A stretch of 64,000 bases of DNA from Parcubacteria group bacterium Gr01-1014_20 (GCA_007376265.1 VMFW01000010.1:1945-65944), one strand, 5' to 3'. Positions 27,761 through 38,323 are shown, counted from the first letter of the stretch. Notes: a model not told the origin generated them from the sequence alone. A program made the numbers and translations.

Positions 27761-29005
27761 ATGAAGAGAAAACTAGCAATTTTGGGTTTTGGCCAGGAGG
27801 GAAAATCTTTACTCAAGTTTTTGAGGAGGTCACCAAAATTCAAGGGCTCAAAAATTCATATCCTAGACAAAAAAGATGGTAAGGATTACTTGTCTCAAGT
27901 GTTCTCTTTCGACCTGATCTTTCGATCACCAGGAGTACCCTATAACCTACCTGAGCTCAAGTCGGCCCGAAGGAGAGGGGTGGAGTTTTCGAGTGGAACG
28001 AAAATATTTTTTGAAGAGTACGGAGGTAAAATTATTGGCATAACGGGGACGAAAGGGAAGGGAACCACTTCAACCCTGCTTTGCAAAATTCTTCAGGCGG
28101 CTGGGAAAAAAGTCTTACTAGCCGGAAACATCGGAAAGCCAGCGATTGATTTTTTAAAGAACGGAAAAAAATATGATTGGGCAATCCTAGAACTCTCCAG
28201 CTTCCAACTTCAAGATTTGAACATCTCACCCACGATAGCAGTAGTTTTAGACGTCTTTCCCGATCACCAAGATGCTCACTTAAATCTAAAAGAGTACTAC
28301 GAAGCTAAGGCGAATATCGGGAAGTATCAAGGGAAATCTGGCCGGGTTTTCTTTTTTTTGGACGATAAAAATTCGGGAAAAATCGCTTCAAAAAGTCCAG
28401 CTCGAAGAATAGGGGTGAATTACAGAAAATTTAAACTTTTTAATCCGCAGGAGTTAAAAATACCAGGACTGCACAACTTCAGAAACGCGGTGATGGCGGC
28501 AAATGTGGCTTTTTCTTTGGGGATAGCTGCCAAGACTATCAAAAATGTCGTTACGAGATTTAGAGGATTGGAACACAGGCTTGAATTCGTTAAAAGGATT
28601 GGAAGACTCAATTTCTTTAATGATTCGGCCTCAACTAATCCCCACACTACAGCGGCGGCGATTGGATCGTTCCCTGGTGTGAAAAAAATTTTAATCGCGG
28701 GCGGAAGAGACAAAGTCGATGACTACTCTCCCATCCAACGAGCTTTAAAAAAACATGGGATTCACGCAGTAATTCTTTTTGGAGAGAATAAACATAGGCT
28801 CCAGAGGGTGGCGAGAGACTTAAGCAAAGTGAAGTTGGCCGGAAATTTAAAAACGGCAGTAAGAATGGCTGTCGGGGAAGCGAAGATGGCGGGAGGAGAG
28901 GTGTGCGTAGTTTTTTCGCCAGGATCCGCGAGCTTCGATATGTTCCGAAATTACGCTCATCGAGGAGAGGAATTTAAGAAGTTGGTCAAAAAAATAAGAT
29001 TTTAG
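27761..29005 (+). CDS. murD: UDP-MurNAc-L-Ala:D-Glu ligase
   Basis: RSPGV, GITGTKGKGTT, ELSSFQL, HRLE, NDSASTNP, SPGSASFD. Confidence 0.95.
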   Translation: MKRKLAILGFGQEGKSLLKFLRRSPKFKGSKIHILDKKDGKDYLSQVFSFDLIFRSPGVPYNLPELKSARRRGVEFSSGTKIFFEEYGGKIIGITGTKGKGTTSTLLCKILQAAGKKVLLAGNIGKPAIDFLKNGKKYDWAILELSSFQLQDLNISPTIAVVLDVFPDHQDAHLNLKEYYEAKANIGKYQGKSGRVFFFLDDKNSGKIASKSPARRIGVNYRKFKLFNPQELKIPGLHNFRNAVMAANVAFSLGIAAKTIKNVVTRFRGLEHRLEFVKRIGRLNFFNDSASTNPHTTAAAIGSFPGVKKILIAGGRDKVDDYSPIQRALKKHGIHAVILFGENKHRLQRVARDLSKVKLAGNLKTAVRMAVGEAKMAGGEVCVVFSPGSASFDMFRNYAHRGEEFKKLVKKIRF

Positions 29006-29056
29006 AACTAGCGGCGTTTTGCATTTAGGGCGACTAGCGATTACAATCAGTTTACG

Positions 29057-29359
29057 ATGGCTTCACCGATAAACAAAAAAACTCTTAAACACTTAGCGGA
29101 ACTGGCGCGGGTTGAGCTCTTAGGAAAGGAGGAGGAGCGAATTTTTAAAGATCTCCAAAAGATACTGGATCACTTCGAGGAACTCAAAGAGCTTGATACG
29201 GAGAATGTGAGTCCGATGACAGGTGGAACTTCACTCAGCAATATTTTCCGCGGAGACGAAAAAAGAGGCACTACAAATCTTGGAGCGGGGGCTCACGCTT
29301 TTCCAAAAGAAAAAAAGGGATTTTTAGAGATACCGCCGGTATTCGAAAGCGACGAATAA
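29057..29359 (+). CDS. gatC: Asp/Glu-tRNA amidotransferase subunit C
   Basis: HLAELARV, ILDHFEEL.ELDT; directly upstream of gatA. Confidence 0.9.
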   Translation: MASPINKKTLKHLAELARVELLGKEEERIFKDLQKILDHFEELKELDTENVSPMTGGTSLSNIFRGDEKRGTTNLGAGAHAFPKEKKGFLEIPPVFESDE

Positions 29360-29393
29360 ATCGTAACTTACGACTTCTAAATTAAGAACTTAA

Positions 29394-30881
29394 ATGCATC
29401 CTTTAAGGAATTTAACGATTAAGAGTTTTCACGAGGGACTGATGACTAAAAAGTTTTCGGCGCTTGAAGCAACTCAAGCCTTTTTTGAGCACATAAAAGA
29501 AAGCGACAAAAGCATCGGGGCGTATTTAAGCCTGAACGAAGAAAACGCTATTAAAGAATCAGAAAAAGTTGACCTGGCTTTAGCAAAAGGAGAGAACCTG
29601 GGACTTTTAGCGGGGGTGCCCTTGGCAATTAAAGACAACATCTTGATCAAAAATCTTCCCGCCACGGCCGGATCGCGATCACTTGAAGGATACTTAGCTA
29701 GTTATGATGCGGGAGTAATCAAAAAATTAAAGAGCGAGAAGGCGATATTTTTAGGTAAGGCAAACTTGGATGAATTCGCAATGGGGTCATCCACCGAGAA
29801 CTCTGGCTTCCATTTAACTCGAAACCCACATGATAGAGAGCGAGTACCGGGAGGATCGTCTGGCGGATCAGTAGCGGCCGTTGCCTCCGACCAGGCGGTG
29901 GCAGCCCTAGGGTCGGACACAGGAGGATCGGTTCGGCAACCGGCAGGATTTTGCGGAGTGGTGGGTCTAAAAGCGACCTACGGATCGGTTTCAAGATCAG
30001 GACTCATCGCGATGGCTTCTTCCTTGGATCAAATTGGCCCAATTACCAAAACAGTTGGGGACGCGGCTGTATTATTTAAAGCGATAGCCGGGGGTGATCA
30101 GATGGATTCGACGAATGCCGGGTTTAACTACGGAGATGAGCTTTTGTCTTTGGATCTTCAGAAAATAAGAAATCTTAGGGTGGGGGTGCCGGATGAATAC
30201 TTTGCCGACGGCCTCGAAGAGGAAGTGAAGGTAGCGCTTCAGAGAACTATCGAGGATTTGAAGGGTCTAAAAATAACTTTCAAAAAAATATCTCTGCCGC
30301 ACACCAAATACGCTCTTTCCGTTTACTATGTGATTATGCCAGCGGAGGTGAGTTCGAATCTGGCTCGATTTGATGGTATTCGATACTCACGAATTAAAGG
30401 CAGTGACGTTGGTGTTTCGAATGTGAAAGATATTTATTTTAAACATCGGGGAGATGGTTTTGGCGCTGAGACAAAAAGGAGAGTTATCCTGGGGACGTTC
30501 GTTCTTTCTTCTGGATACTACGATGCGTATTACGAAAAGGCTCAAAGGGTGAGGTCTCTAATAAAAAGAGATTTCGATGAGGCCTTCAAGCAAGTGGATG
30601 TAATTTTGACGCCCGTGAGCCCCACAAGAGCTTTTAAGATTGGGGAGAAGGTTTCAGATCCCCTTTCAATGTATCTTTCAGATATTCTCACGATTCCAGC
30701 CAATTTAGCGGGACTGCCAGCCATTTCTATTCCCGTAAGAACGGGTGAACCGTACAGTAGGGACAATTTGCCGATTGGATTTCAACTGATCGGCAGGCAC
30801 TTCCGAGAGGCAGATATTTTGGGGTTGGGGCAGATGTATGAAAAAATGAATGAGGGTAACATTAAGACCAAGCCAGGGTAA
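29394..30881 (+). CDS. gatA: Asp/Glu-tRNA amidotransferase subunit A
   Basis: Amidase signature GGSSGGS, GSDTGGSVRQP, SSNLARFDG, GYYDAYY. Confidence 0.96.
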   Translation: MHPLRNLTIKSFHEGLMTKKFSALEATQAFFEHIKESDKSIGAYLSLNEENAIKESEKVDLALAKGENLGLLAGVPLAIKDNILIKNLPATAGSRSLEGYLASYDAGVIKKLKSEKAIFLGKANLDEFAMGSSTENSGFHLTRNPHDRERVPGGSSGGSVAAVASDQAVAALGSDTGGSVRQPAGFCGVVGLKATYGSVSRSGLIAMASSLDQIGPITKTVGDAAVLFKAIAGGDQMDSTNAGFNYGDELLSLDLQKIRNLRVGVPDEYFADGLEEEVKVALQRTIEDLKGLKITFKKISLPHTKYALSVYYVIMPAEVSSNLARFDGIRYSRIKGSDVGVSNVKDIYFKHRGDGFGAETKRRVILGTFVLSSGYYDAYYEKAQRVRSLIKRDFDEAFKQVDVILTPVSPTRAFKIGEKVSDPLSMYLSDILTIPANLAGLPAISIPVRTGEPYSRDNLPIGFQLIGRHFREADILGLGQMYEKMNEGNIKTKPG

Positions 30882-30889
30882 TAACTAAC

Positions 30890-31456
30890 ATGACTACGCC
30901 AGAGGAAGTAATGCCAAAAGTAGCCGCTGAATCTTTCGGTGATCCGCGAGTTGAGTTGGCTTTTGCCCAAGTTTCGGATTTTTTTGGCAGGAACTTGGGA
31001 CTTTTGAAGGCGCTTTCAATTCTCCTGACTTTAACTTTTATATCATTCGGAGTTTGGTTTATGGTCAAAACTGGATGGCTCCAACTTAGGGCGGATAGAA
31101 TTCAAAATGTGATCCTAAAAAAAGATACGGCTAGAAAACGATCAGTAAAGGGTTGGAAAAATATCCAGAAACACTTCTTTGCCGGAAGCGATAGTGAGTT
31201 AAAGGTGGCGATTATTGAAGCTGATAATTTACTGGATGAAGCCCTTAGGACTCTTGGATTTAGAGGGCTCAATCTCGGTGATCGGCTGAAACAGATAACC
31301 GCTGACGATTTAGAAAACATTGACGAGGTTTGGGAAGCCCACAAGCTTCGAAACAAAATTGCTCATGAGGCGGATTTTAAAATGAACCGCGATATGGCGG
31401 AACGGGGGCTCGGAGTTTACGAGAGAACTTTTAGGAATTTGGGGGTGTTGGATTAA
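30890..31456 (+). CDS. Hypothetical membrane-anchored protein
   Basis: One TM segment; AIIEAD.LLD...WEAHKLRNKIAH. Confidence 0.8.
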   Translation: MTTPEEVMPKVAAESFGDPRVELAFAQVSDFFGRNLGLLKALSILLTLTFISFGVWFMVKTGWLQLRADRIQNVILKKDTARKRSVKGWKNIQKHFFAGSDSELKVAIIEADNLLDEALRTLGFRGLNLGDRLKQITADDLENIDEVWEAHKLRNKIAHEADFKMNRDMAERGLGVYERTFRNLGVLD

Positions 31457-32017
31457 ATAAAAAACCCCCGGCTTGCAAGCAAGCGCGGGGGGTGCCAATT
31501 ACTAATTCCGGATTAGGCACATTGGGCCGGAACCGCCTCTGTTTTTCCTCGCAAAGAGCCGAAGGCGCTTCAATCGCGAGGCCAACTGTTTTTCCATCCA
31601 GTGTCCGTCGGGACGACATCCGGATGACCATAGCTGTCCGCGAAACTACTTTCCAAGTTGTCCGCTAGGCGACTCCTTGGCGCGTTTTTCCGAACGAAGA
31701 TTTTTAGATCCCGACCACACGGTGGCCGAGAAATTGCTACACGCGAGATCTCCGAACTCTTTGATTTAACTCGCGACCTCATCGCCTCCCGAGAACAACG
31801 ACTTTTGAATCTCATATATGGACTCGGGACCAATGCGCGTGGATTACGTCCTCTGGACGCAAGGGCAAACTTAGATTTACGGGAACTTAGAGCGCCCGCC
31901 GGATGGATTGCCAGTCACCATCCTTCGCCCGAATCCTCTTCACTCTTAGGGTTCCTAGTTTCCTAGTGTTTTCCTAATCGTTAGGGTTAAGGGTTCACTA
32001 ACCCGCAGCCAGCATGG

Positions 32018-32467
32018 CTAGCTAGCTTCGGGCAACGACTCGTTCTCTTCGGTTCGGGTATGGATGCCATAATAAACAGCAACCACAATGAGAGTCAAGG
32101 CCGTGACCGCGTAGAGAATCACTGCCAGCGGATAGTCGCTTTTGCGCGGCTTCAAAATCGCATCGCTCCCGAGGGTGAGGCCATTCGCGCGGACAGCACC
32201 GATCATTGCACTCCAGTCACCGTCATTCAAAACGGTGGTGGACGCGAATGCCGAACTTCCGTCACCAACGAAAGCCGCAAATGGCATTTGGGCGTTCCAG
32301 GCCGAGGCGGCAAGCTTCGTGTCGACTGGGGTCCACGTGACCGCTCCAGCTTTGGGCTGAGGTTGAGAAAGAAGGAAGAATAATTCAGAACCAGCGCTGG
32401 CTGTTGACGAAACGAACAGCAATGCGACAAAACAGATACCAATGAGGACCATGATCTTACCGGACAT
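32018..32467 (-). CDS. Hypothetical secreted/membrane protein
   Basis: AAGGGAG SD, signal peptide and C-terminal TM. Confidence 0.65.
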   Translation of the reverse strand: MSGKIMVLIGICFVALLFVSSTASAGSELFFLLSQPQPKAGAVTWTPVDTKLAASAWNAQMPFAAFVGDGSSAFASTTVLNDGDWSAMIGAVRANGLTLGSDAILKPRKSDYPLAVILYAVTALTLIVVAVYYGIHTRTEENESLPEAS

Positions 32468-32715
32468 AGTGGCTCCCTTCCCTATCTATATGGATCCGTT
32501 TGAAAACGTTAATTCAAGTAGCTAAACAAAGCCGAATTTAGCCTTGTCCGAGTATTATAGCATACTCACTAAATTTGTCAAGTATCGTTTAATAGGCGCC
32601 TTGAAAGCCTGATTTTGGCTGTATTGACTTTTTATGTGTATAATGCTATAATCACAAGGTCAAGCTTTGGCTTGTAGTTCTTTAACTTAGGGGATAGCAA
32701 ACTCGGAGGAGACAG

Positions 32716-33147
32716 ATGACAATACTGAAAGAGATCGGGGAGACGATCGTGTGGATGCTCAAAGATTGGCCGATGGGAACCATCATCGGGATCTTGTTGA
32801 TTGGAGTTTCGTTGTTTGTATTAGCTCTCGTTGGCTGGGTGATATTCACCGGCCTCGATTTCATTGGACGAGAGAACCAGACGGGCATTGGTCGGGTGAT
32901 AAGCAAGGAATTTATTCCAGCGCACACGACGACATCGACGATGATGATTGGCAGAGTGTCTGTTCCGACCACACATCATCATCCTGACGCCTGGGTAATC
33001 CAGGTAGAGATTGATGGATCCGGAACGGACTCGGTCTCGGTGGATGAAAAATTCTACGACGCTGTCACGGAAGGCACCCAGTTGAGCGTTGAATACTCCA
33101 CTGGTCGTTTTACCGGCAACCCGAGCATCGCTGCTGTCTCGATGTAA
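32716..33147 (+). CDS. Hypothetical membrane-anchored beta-barrel-like protein
   Basis: TTGACT promoter region, GGAGG SD, TM segment, terminator GCGGGCCCGAAA... Confidence 0.7.
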   Translation: MTILKEIGETIVWMLKDWPMGTIIGILLIGVSLFVLALVGWVIFTGLDFIGRENQTGIGRVISKEFIPAHTTTSTMMIGRVSVPTTHHHPDAWVIQVEIDGSGTDSVSVDEKFYDAVTEGTQLSVEYSTGRFTGNPSIAAVSM

Positions 33148-33242
33148 GTTTTTGCGGGCCCGAAATTTTCGGGCCCTTTTTGTTTGCAACAAAAAACCGC
33201 TCCAGGTTATGGAACGGTTTTAAATTTTTTGATCGTTATTTT

Positions 33243-33509
33243 TCAAGAGGCGGGTTTGGGCGCCTCAGTCTTTGGGACGCTCGTCCTTCTCCTTAAAGCT
33301 TTTTTTCTAGACATCTCAACAACTTGAACCGAGAGCATCCATTTTCGGCCACAGCGACTGCACTCGTGGTTTTTGTGCGGATGGATAAAAACAATTGGCT
33401 TGCCACAAACACAAACTGACTTTGGGATTGGAATAAATTGAGTTCTAATCTCAACTTCTAAATCCGCGGCCAGCCTGTTTACGAGCGCGCTGATTTCATC
33501 TACCTTCAC
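33243..33509 (-). CDS. Hypothetical zinc-ribbon protein
   Basis: CVCG and CSRCG; AAGGAGG before GTG. Confidence 0.7.
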   Translation of the reverse strand: MKVDEISALVNRLAADLEVEIRTQFIPIPKSVCVCGKPIVFIHPHKNHECSRCGRKWMLSVQVVEMSRKKALRRRTSVPKTEAPKPAS

Positions 33510-33567
33510 AATATTCCTCCTTTTTTGCTGGCTAAAGATTACTAATTTTAGGCCAATAAAGTCAAGG

Positions 33568-35067
33568 TTAAAACTTTCTTAAAAACTGGGCGAGAAGGCC
33601 CATGGGAGCGCCGGTAGAACCCTTAGCTAGAAATTCAGATTCAGTTGGAGTCATGCGGGGAGCCATATCGATGTGAACCCAGGGAATTTGAGGTGAATTA
33701 GCTGAAGAGTCGGACTTAATGAACTGCCACAAGAAAACCGCGGCGGTAATGACTCCGCCGTAGCGAGTCTTGCCGGAGTTCGCCACATCACCAAAGGTAC
33801 CTTTGATTTCTTCTTCGTACTCTTCCCAAAGCGGTAGGGCCCAGGCATAATCCCCCACCATCTCGCCGCTTTCGATGATTTTTTGTTCCGCGCGAGCGTT
33901 GTTCGAAAAAACCGCGGAGGCTCTTTGGCCGAGTGCCGACATCGCGGAACCGGTCAAGGTAGCAATATCAACCACCAAGCGGGGTTTGTATTTTTTAGCG
34001 TATTCGAGAGCGTCAGCTAAAATGACCCGGCCTTCGGCGTCGGTGTTTAAGACTTCAATAGTTTTGCCATTCATGGTTTTTAGAACATCGCCGGGGTGAT
34101 AACTAGAACCGGAAGGCATATTTTCCACGGCCGGCACAAGCGCCACGATATTTTTTTTGATTTTAAGTCGGGCCATGGCAGCGATGGAATGGAGGGCGAC
34201 AGAACCACCGGACATATCCATGTGCATTTCATACATATAGTCATCGGGTTTGATGTTCAAGCCACCGGTGTCGAAGGTGACGCCCTTGCCGACTAAGACC
34301 ACCGGTTTTTCACCACGTTTGCCCTTCAGATACTCCATGATGATAAATTTGGGTCTTTCGGACGATCCACGCGCCACACCCAAGACGCCGCCCATGCCCA
34401 GCATTTCGATTTCTTTTTCTTCCAGGATCTGAACTTTGATGCCCCACTTTTTGCCAAGGTCTTCGGCTTCTTTGGCGAGAACTTTCGGAGTCATGTCGCT
34501 TCCAGGAGTGTTCGAGAGGTTTCGTGCGTTATTGATTTCTTCGCCGATAATCTGACCAGTAGTCACCGCTTCCGCGAAAGACGGATTGGGTTTTTGGGAG
34601 AGAAAATTAACCTCCTGCGTAAAAAACCAGCCACTCGGCTCGGGGGTTTTGTATTTGATAAATTCGAAGTTGGCCAACTCCATTTGAGTGGCTAGAACTT
34701 CAGCTAAGGCTTTTTGGTTATCTTTATTTTCCTTGGCTAGAAAATCGTCGAGATAAATGGCGAGGTTTTTAACCTTTTCTTTTTTAGCGACCACAATCAC
34801 TCGCCGAGCGGCCAAAATGGCTTTGCGGTGATTAAATTTAGTTTTTTCGCCCAAACCAATGAGTAAAACTTTGAGTCCGCTTGGAAGAACGATGGGGTGG
34901 TTGTGTTCTTTTTTGACTGGGAAGTTCTTTTGGAATTTGACCAGGTATTCCTGATCCGGTTTTTCTAGGGTTTTGTAGAATGGGTGGCGCTCGATTTTAT
35001 CCTCGTCTTTTATGAGGAAAACGGGGCTAGCGCCTTTCGGGAGGGTTTTTTGATAGGCGATTTTCAT
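33568..35067 (-). CDS. pepA: Leucyl aminopeptidase (M17)
   Basis: GKGVTFDTGG, DMSG, NTDAEGR, DIATLTG. Confidence 0.95.
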   Translation of the reverse strand: MKIAYQKTLPKGASPVFLIKDEDKIERHPFYKTLEKPDQEYLVKFQKNFPVKKEHNHPIVLPSGLKVLLIGLGEKTKFNHRKAILAARRVIVVAKKEKVKNLAIYLDDFLAKENKDNQKALAEVLATQMELANFEFIKYKTPEPSGWFFTQEVNFLSQKPNPSFAEAVTTGQIIGEEINNARNLSNTPGSDMTPKVLAKEAEDLGKKWGIKVQILEEKEIEMLGMGGVLGVARGSSERPKFIIMEYLKGKRGEKPVVLVGKGVTFDTGGLNIKPDDYMYEMHMDMSGGSVALHSIAAMARLKIKKNIVALVPAVENMPSGSSYHPGDVLKTMNGKTIEVLNTDAEGRVILADALEYAKKYKPRLVVDIATLTGSAMSALGQRASAVFSNNARAEQKIIESGEMVGDYAWALPLWEEYEEEIKGTFGDVANSGKTRYGGVITAAVFLWQFIKSDSSANSPQIPWVHIDMAPRMTPTESEFLAKGSTGAPMGLLAQFLRKF

Positions 35068-35142
35068 GGCCTGTTTTTACCACTTTAGGGACTGGATTGC
35101 AAGAAATAAAAAGCGCCCTGATTGAAGAGCGCTTGGTTTTTG

Positions 35143-35883
35143 CTACTGACTAGCTTCGGGTTGTTTAAGGAGCTCAAGATCGGCCGAGAACTCGTTGCCA
35201 CTTCCGAGTTCAAATGGCTCTTGCCCTCTCAAGAAAATCTTGGCACCGCCGTCCCCTCGAAGAGAAACTTTGTCGCCTTCAACTCGAAGCCACGATCCTT
35301 CTCGAAGACCAATCACGGGAGTGACGTTTTCTTCGTGGAACTCTTTGATGCGAGTTTCTCGGGTCTCTCCCATGTGACGAGAATTGGGATCGGCGTCCAC
35401 AAAATGAGGGTTAATTTGGAACGGCACAAGCTTTAACGCTTCGAAGGTGGAGACGTGCCTAATGGGCATGTCATTGGTCGTGCAAATCGTGGGGCAAGCG
35501 AGATTGGATCCGGCACTTGAGCCCATATAAAGCATACCGCTCGAGACTCTTTCACGAATCAAATGAGTGAGGCCATGCGCATGCACAGCTTCAAGTAGCC
35601 GAAAGGTATTACCGCCGCCGACGAAGATGGCATCGGCCGACGACACCGCAAGTATGGGGTGGTCAGCGGCCTCATGAATTGAGACAAGTTCCACCCCTAA
35701 GCCATTTAAACGCTTTCGAGCTTTTTCGGCATAGTCGTCCCAGTCCTTGAGGGCGTAAGGGATGAATAGTACCTGGTTTATACCGGCGAGAAACGCTGAA
35801 ACAGCTTCAGCGCAGTGATCGAGATAATCGCGACCGTACGCCCGTGAATTGCTGATAAGCAGAAGATTTTTTTTCGCACCCAA
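35143..35883 (-). CDS. pepE: Dipeptidase E (S51)
   Basis: VGGGNTF, GSSAG, TTNDMP, QINPH, HMGETRE. Confidence 0.93.
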   Translation of the reverse strand: MGAKKNLLLISNSRAYGRDYLDHCAEAVSAFLAGINQVLFIPYALKDWDDYAEKARKRLNGLGVELVSIHEAADHPILAVSSADAIFVGGGNTFRLLEAVHAHGLTHLIRERVSSGMLYMGSSAGSNLACPTICTTNDMPIRHVSTFEALKLVPFQINPHFVDADPNSRHMGETRETRIKEFHEENVTPVIGLREGSWLRVEGDKVSLRGDGGAKIFLRGQEPFELGSGNEFSADLELLKQPEASQ

Positions 35884-36023
35884 AATGCCTTCTCCTTTCG
35901 AATAAGTAACGGTTTATAGAATTACTAAAATACCTACTAGAAGTTATATACGGTTTCAAGGATATTGCAAGAAATAAAAAGCCGCCACTTTTGCAAGTGG
36001 CGACCGTGGCTAGAACCGAGGTT

Positions 36024-36307
36024 TCAGTTGTACTGGGCGCTCCTCGCGGGATGGTTTTCGGGCACTTCCGCGCTGTCAAAATCCGGAATCATGGCATCCA
36101 TCCAGAAAGATTCTTCCCAATTGTCGATTTCAGCCGAATCGGTGTTGGTAATAAAGCTGGCCTTACCACTTCCCTTCTCGGTATCAATCTCGGCACTTTT
36201 TCCTTGCCAGTTTTAAGCATGGTGCGCGAAACATGGAAGAGCATATTACGAATACGATCATCGATCGGTATGCCACTTCCCATAAGGCAGTAGATTTTGT
36301 AGATCAA
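36024..36307 (-). pseudogene. Hypothetical gene with an apparent -1 frameshift at an A5 run (36197-36201)
   Basis: SD-led TTG frame; the -1 frame (SAEIDTEKG...AQYN*) stays open to just before a terminator hairpin. Confidence 0.45.
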
Positions 36308-36455
36308 GACACCCTCCCCGCGTTAATAGTGAAAATCAGCTCGCTCAAGCATACCCTAAGCGGGTTATTTAGTCAATAATCGCAGTGTGCCATCTTCTGG
36401 TTTTATAAGTGGTAAAAAAATAAGTCCGATGGGACTTATTTTGAAGAGTTTTATT

Positions 36456-37046
36456 TTACTGAAGACCGGTGGATCCGAAGCCGCCTGAACCACGAGAGGT
36501 GGTCGGGAGGTCTTCTGGGGAATTAACAATGGCAATCTCGGGCATGAGGGCCCACTGAAAAATTATCTGAGCGATGCGCATGCCACGCCTTAGGTCAAAG
36601 GTGGTTTCATTCCGATTGTAGACGAGGACACCAGCTTCACCTCGATAGTCCGGATCCACGGTGCCGGGGGCGTTCGTAACGGTGATGCCCCACTTTGAGG
36701 CCAAGCCACTTCGAGGAGCAACCCAATAGAACATCGGGAAAGACATGGCGGTAATAAAACCGATTCCAACCAGGACGGACTCACCCGGATCCATGATATA
36801 GATAGGTTCTTTGCCGTTTCCATCGTTGAAATCTTTTTTAGAAACGTGCCGAGCCACATCTGGGTTTGGGGGGAGGTTGGTGAAGTCAAACAGAGTTTGC
36901 CGAAGATTGGGGTTCTTTGGATCCATCGTGTGAGCAGAAACTACCGCCCGAGCATAAACATCGTAGCCAATAGCGCCGTCGGTTTGGCGTTCCGGCATTC
37001 TTCCGCCGGGAAGAACATTTAGTAAGACCTTAGGGATTTCGATCAT
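36456..37046 (-). CDS. dut: dUTP diphosphatase, second copy with an internal insertion
   Basis: GYDVYA, PRSGLA, GTVDPDYRG, RIAQ, RGSGGFGSTG. Confidence 0.92.
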   Translation of the reverse strand: MIEIPKVLLNVLPGGRMPERQTDGAIGYDVYARAVVSAHTMDPKNPNLRQTLFDFTNLPPNPDVARHVSKKDFNDGNGKEPIYIMDPGESVLVGIGFITAMSFPMFYWVAPRSGLASKWGITVTNAPGTVDPDYRGEAGVLVYNRNETTFDLRRGMRIAQIIFQWALMPEIAIVNSPEDLPTTSRGSGGFGSTGLQ

Positions 37047-37176
37047 TTATCTCCTCTCTCCTTCTATTCTGTAGCTCCAGGTATTTCAAGAAATCTATGG
37101 TTAGTTTAGGGGTTTTAGTTGATTTGTCAAAAGAAAAAGCCCCGAATTCGAGAATGATTTGGGGCTCTGTTTTCAA

Positions 37177-37371
37177 TTAAATTTTGTCGCTGTTCACTTC
37201 GCGACGACTGATTTGCGCCTCACTTAGGAAGGTAGCGCCACATTCCCAACAGAAATTAGCGCAGGAACCAGCTAGAGCACCGCAGAGAGAACATTTGCCG
37301 TCAGCTAGATGGGATTTTGTTTGCTTAGCGGCTGACTCGATGATTTGATCCTTAAAGCTTCCGCTTTCCAT
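37177..37371 (-). CDS. Small double zinc-ribbon protein
   Basis: CSLCG...FCWECG; AAGGAGG SD. Confidence 0.7.
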   Translation of the reverse strand: MESGSFKDQIIESAAKQTKSHLADGKCSLCGALAGSCANFCWECGATFLSEAQISRREVNSDKI

Positions 37372-37518
37372 GGCGGCCTCCTTTTGAGAAATTGAGAAGA
37401 GCTATTCTTTTAATAACTCAAAATTAGCGGGAAGTAAATGGTGCAACGTACTGGACGCTGTTGGAACTAGGATTCGAGCAAACCAAGATACAACTTTCAT
37501 TCCACACTTACTTGAAAG

Positions 37519-38259
37519 CTATTCGTAACCACCATCAATTACTAGTGTTGAACCTGTTATAAAACTTGCGTCTTCTGAACACAAAAATAGAACGGCTTTG
37601 GCTACTTCTTCTGGCTGGCCCCATCTTCTCAGTGCAATTTTATCTGTTTCGCTTTTAATAAAATCTTTCGGTAAATCTTTGTTTATTTCTGTATCAATCC
37701 AGCCTGGAGCTATAGAGTTGACTCTGATGTTTGGCGCTAAGGACTGAGAAAGATTTTTTGTGAGACTCATTACTCCCGCCTTAGAAGTGTCATAGTCAGC
37801 CGACTCCGGACTTAAAGAATCAATACCATTAGTCGAAGAAATGTTAAGGATAGATGCACCCTTCCTATTCTTCATATGAGGCACAGCATATTTTGTACAT
37901 AAAAAAGCTCCTATCAAATTTACCTTAAGTGTCCGTTCCCACTGCTCAACGGTCTTCTCAAAGATAGGAACGTCAAAAACAATGCCAGCATTATTAACAA
38001 GAACATCAATCCCTCCGAAATGTTTAACGGTCTCGTTTATCATTCTTTGAACTTCGTTCTCATTGGCCACATCCGCCTGAATTGCAATGGCATCCGCGCC
38101 TAATTTTTTAATTTCAGCTACAACTTTATCCCCTGCTGGTTTGTTTTTTACGTAATTCACCACGACATTCGCACCTTCCTGTGCAAAAGCGATTGCTGTT
38201 GCCCTACCTATACCACGACTAGAGCCTGTAACTAAGATGATTTTGTCCTTGAATTTCAT
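37519..38259 (-). CDS. Short-chain dehydrogenase/reductase (FabG-like)
   Basis: TGSSRGIG, NNAG, YDTSK, VNSIAPG. Confidence 0.93.
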   Translation of the reverse strand: MKFKDKIILVTGSSRGIGRATAIAFAQEGANVVVNYVKNKPAGDKVVAEIKKLGADAIAIQADVANENEVQRMINETVKHFGGIDVLVNNAGIVFDVPIFEKTVEQWERTLKVNLIGAFLCTKYAVPHMKNRKGASILNISSTNGIDSLSPESADYDTSKAGVMSLTKNLSQSLAPNIRVNSIAPGWIDTEINKDLPKDFIKSETDKIALRRWGQPEEVAKAVLFLCSEDASFITGSTLVIDGGYE

Positions 38260-38323
38260 AACAAAAGCATACCAGTTTAAGCGTTGTATATAAACAATGC
38301 TTTGAACCGACCTACGGTTATTT

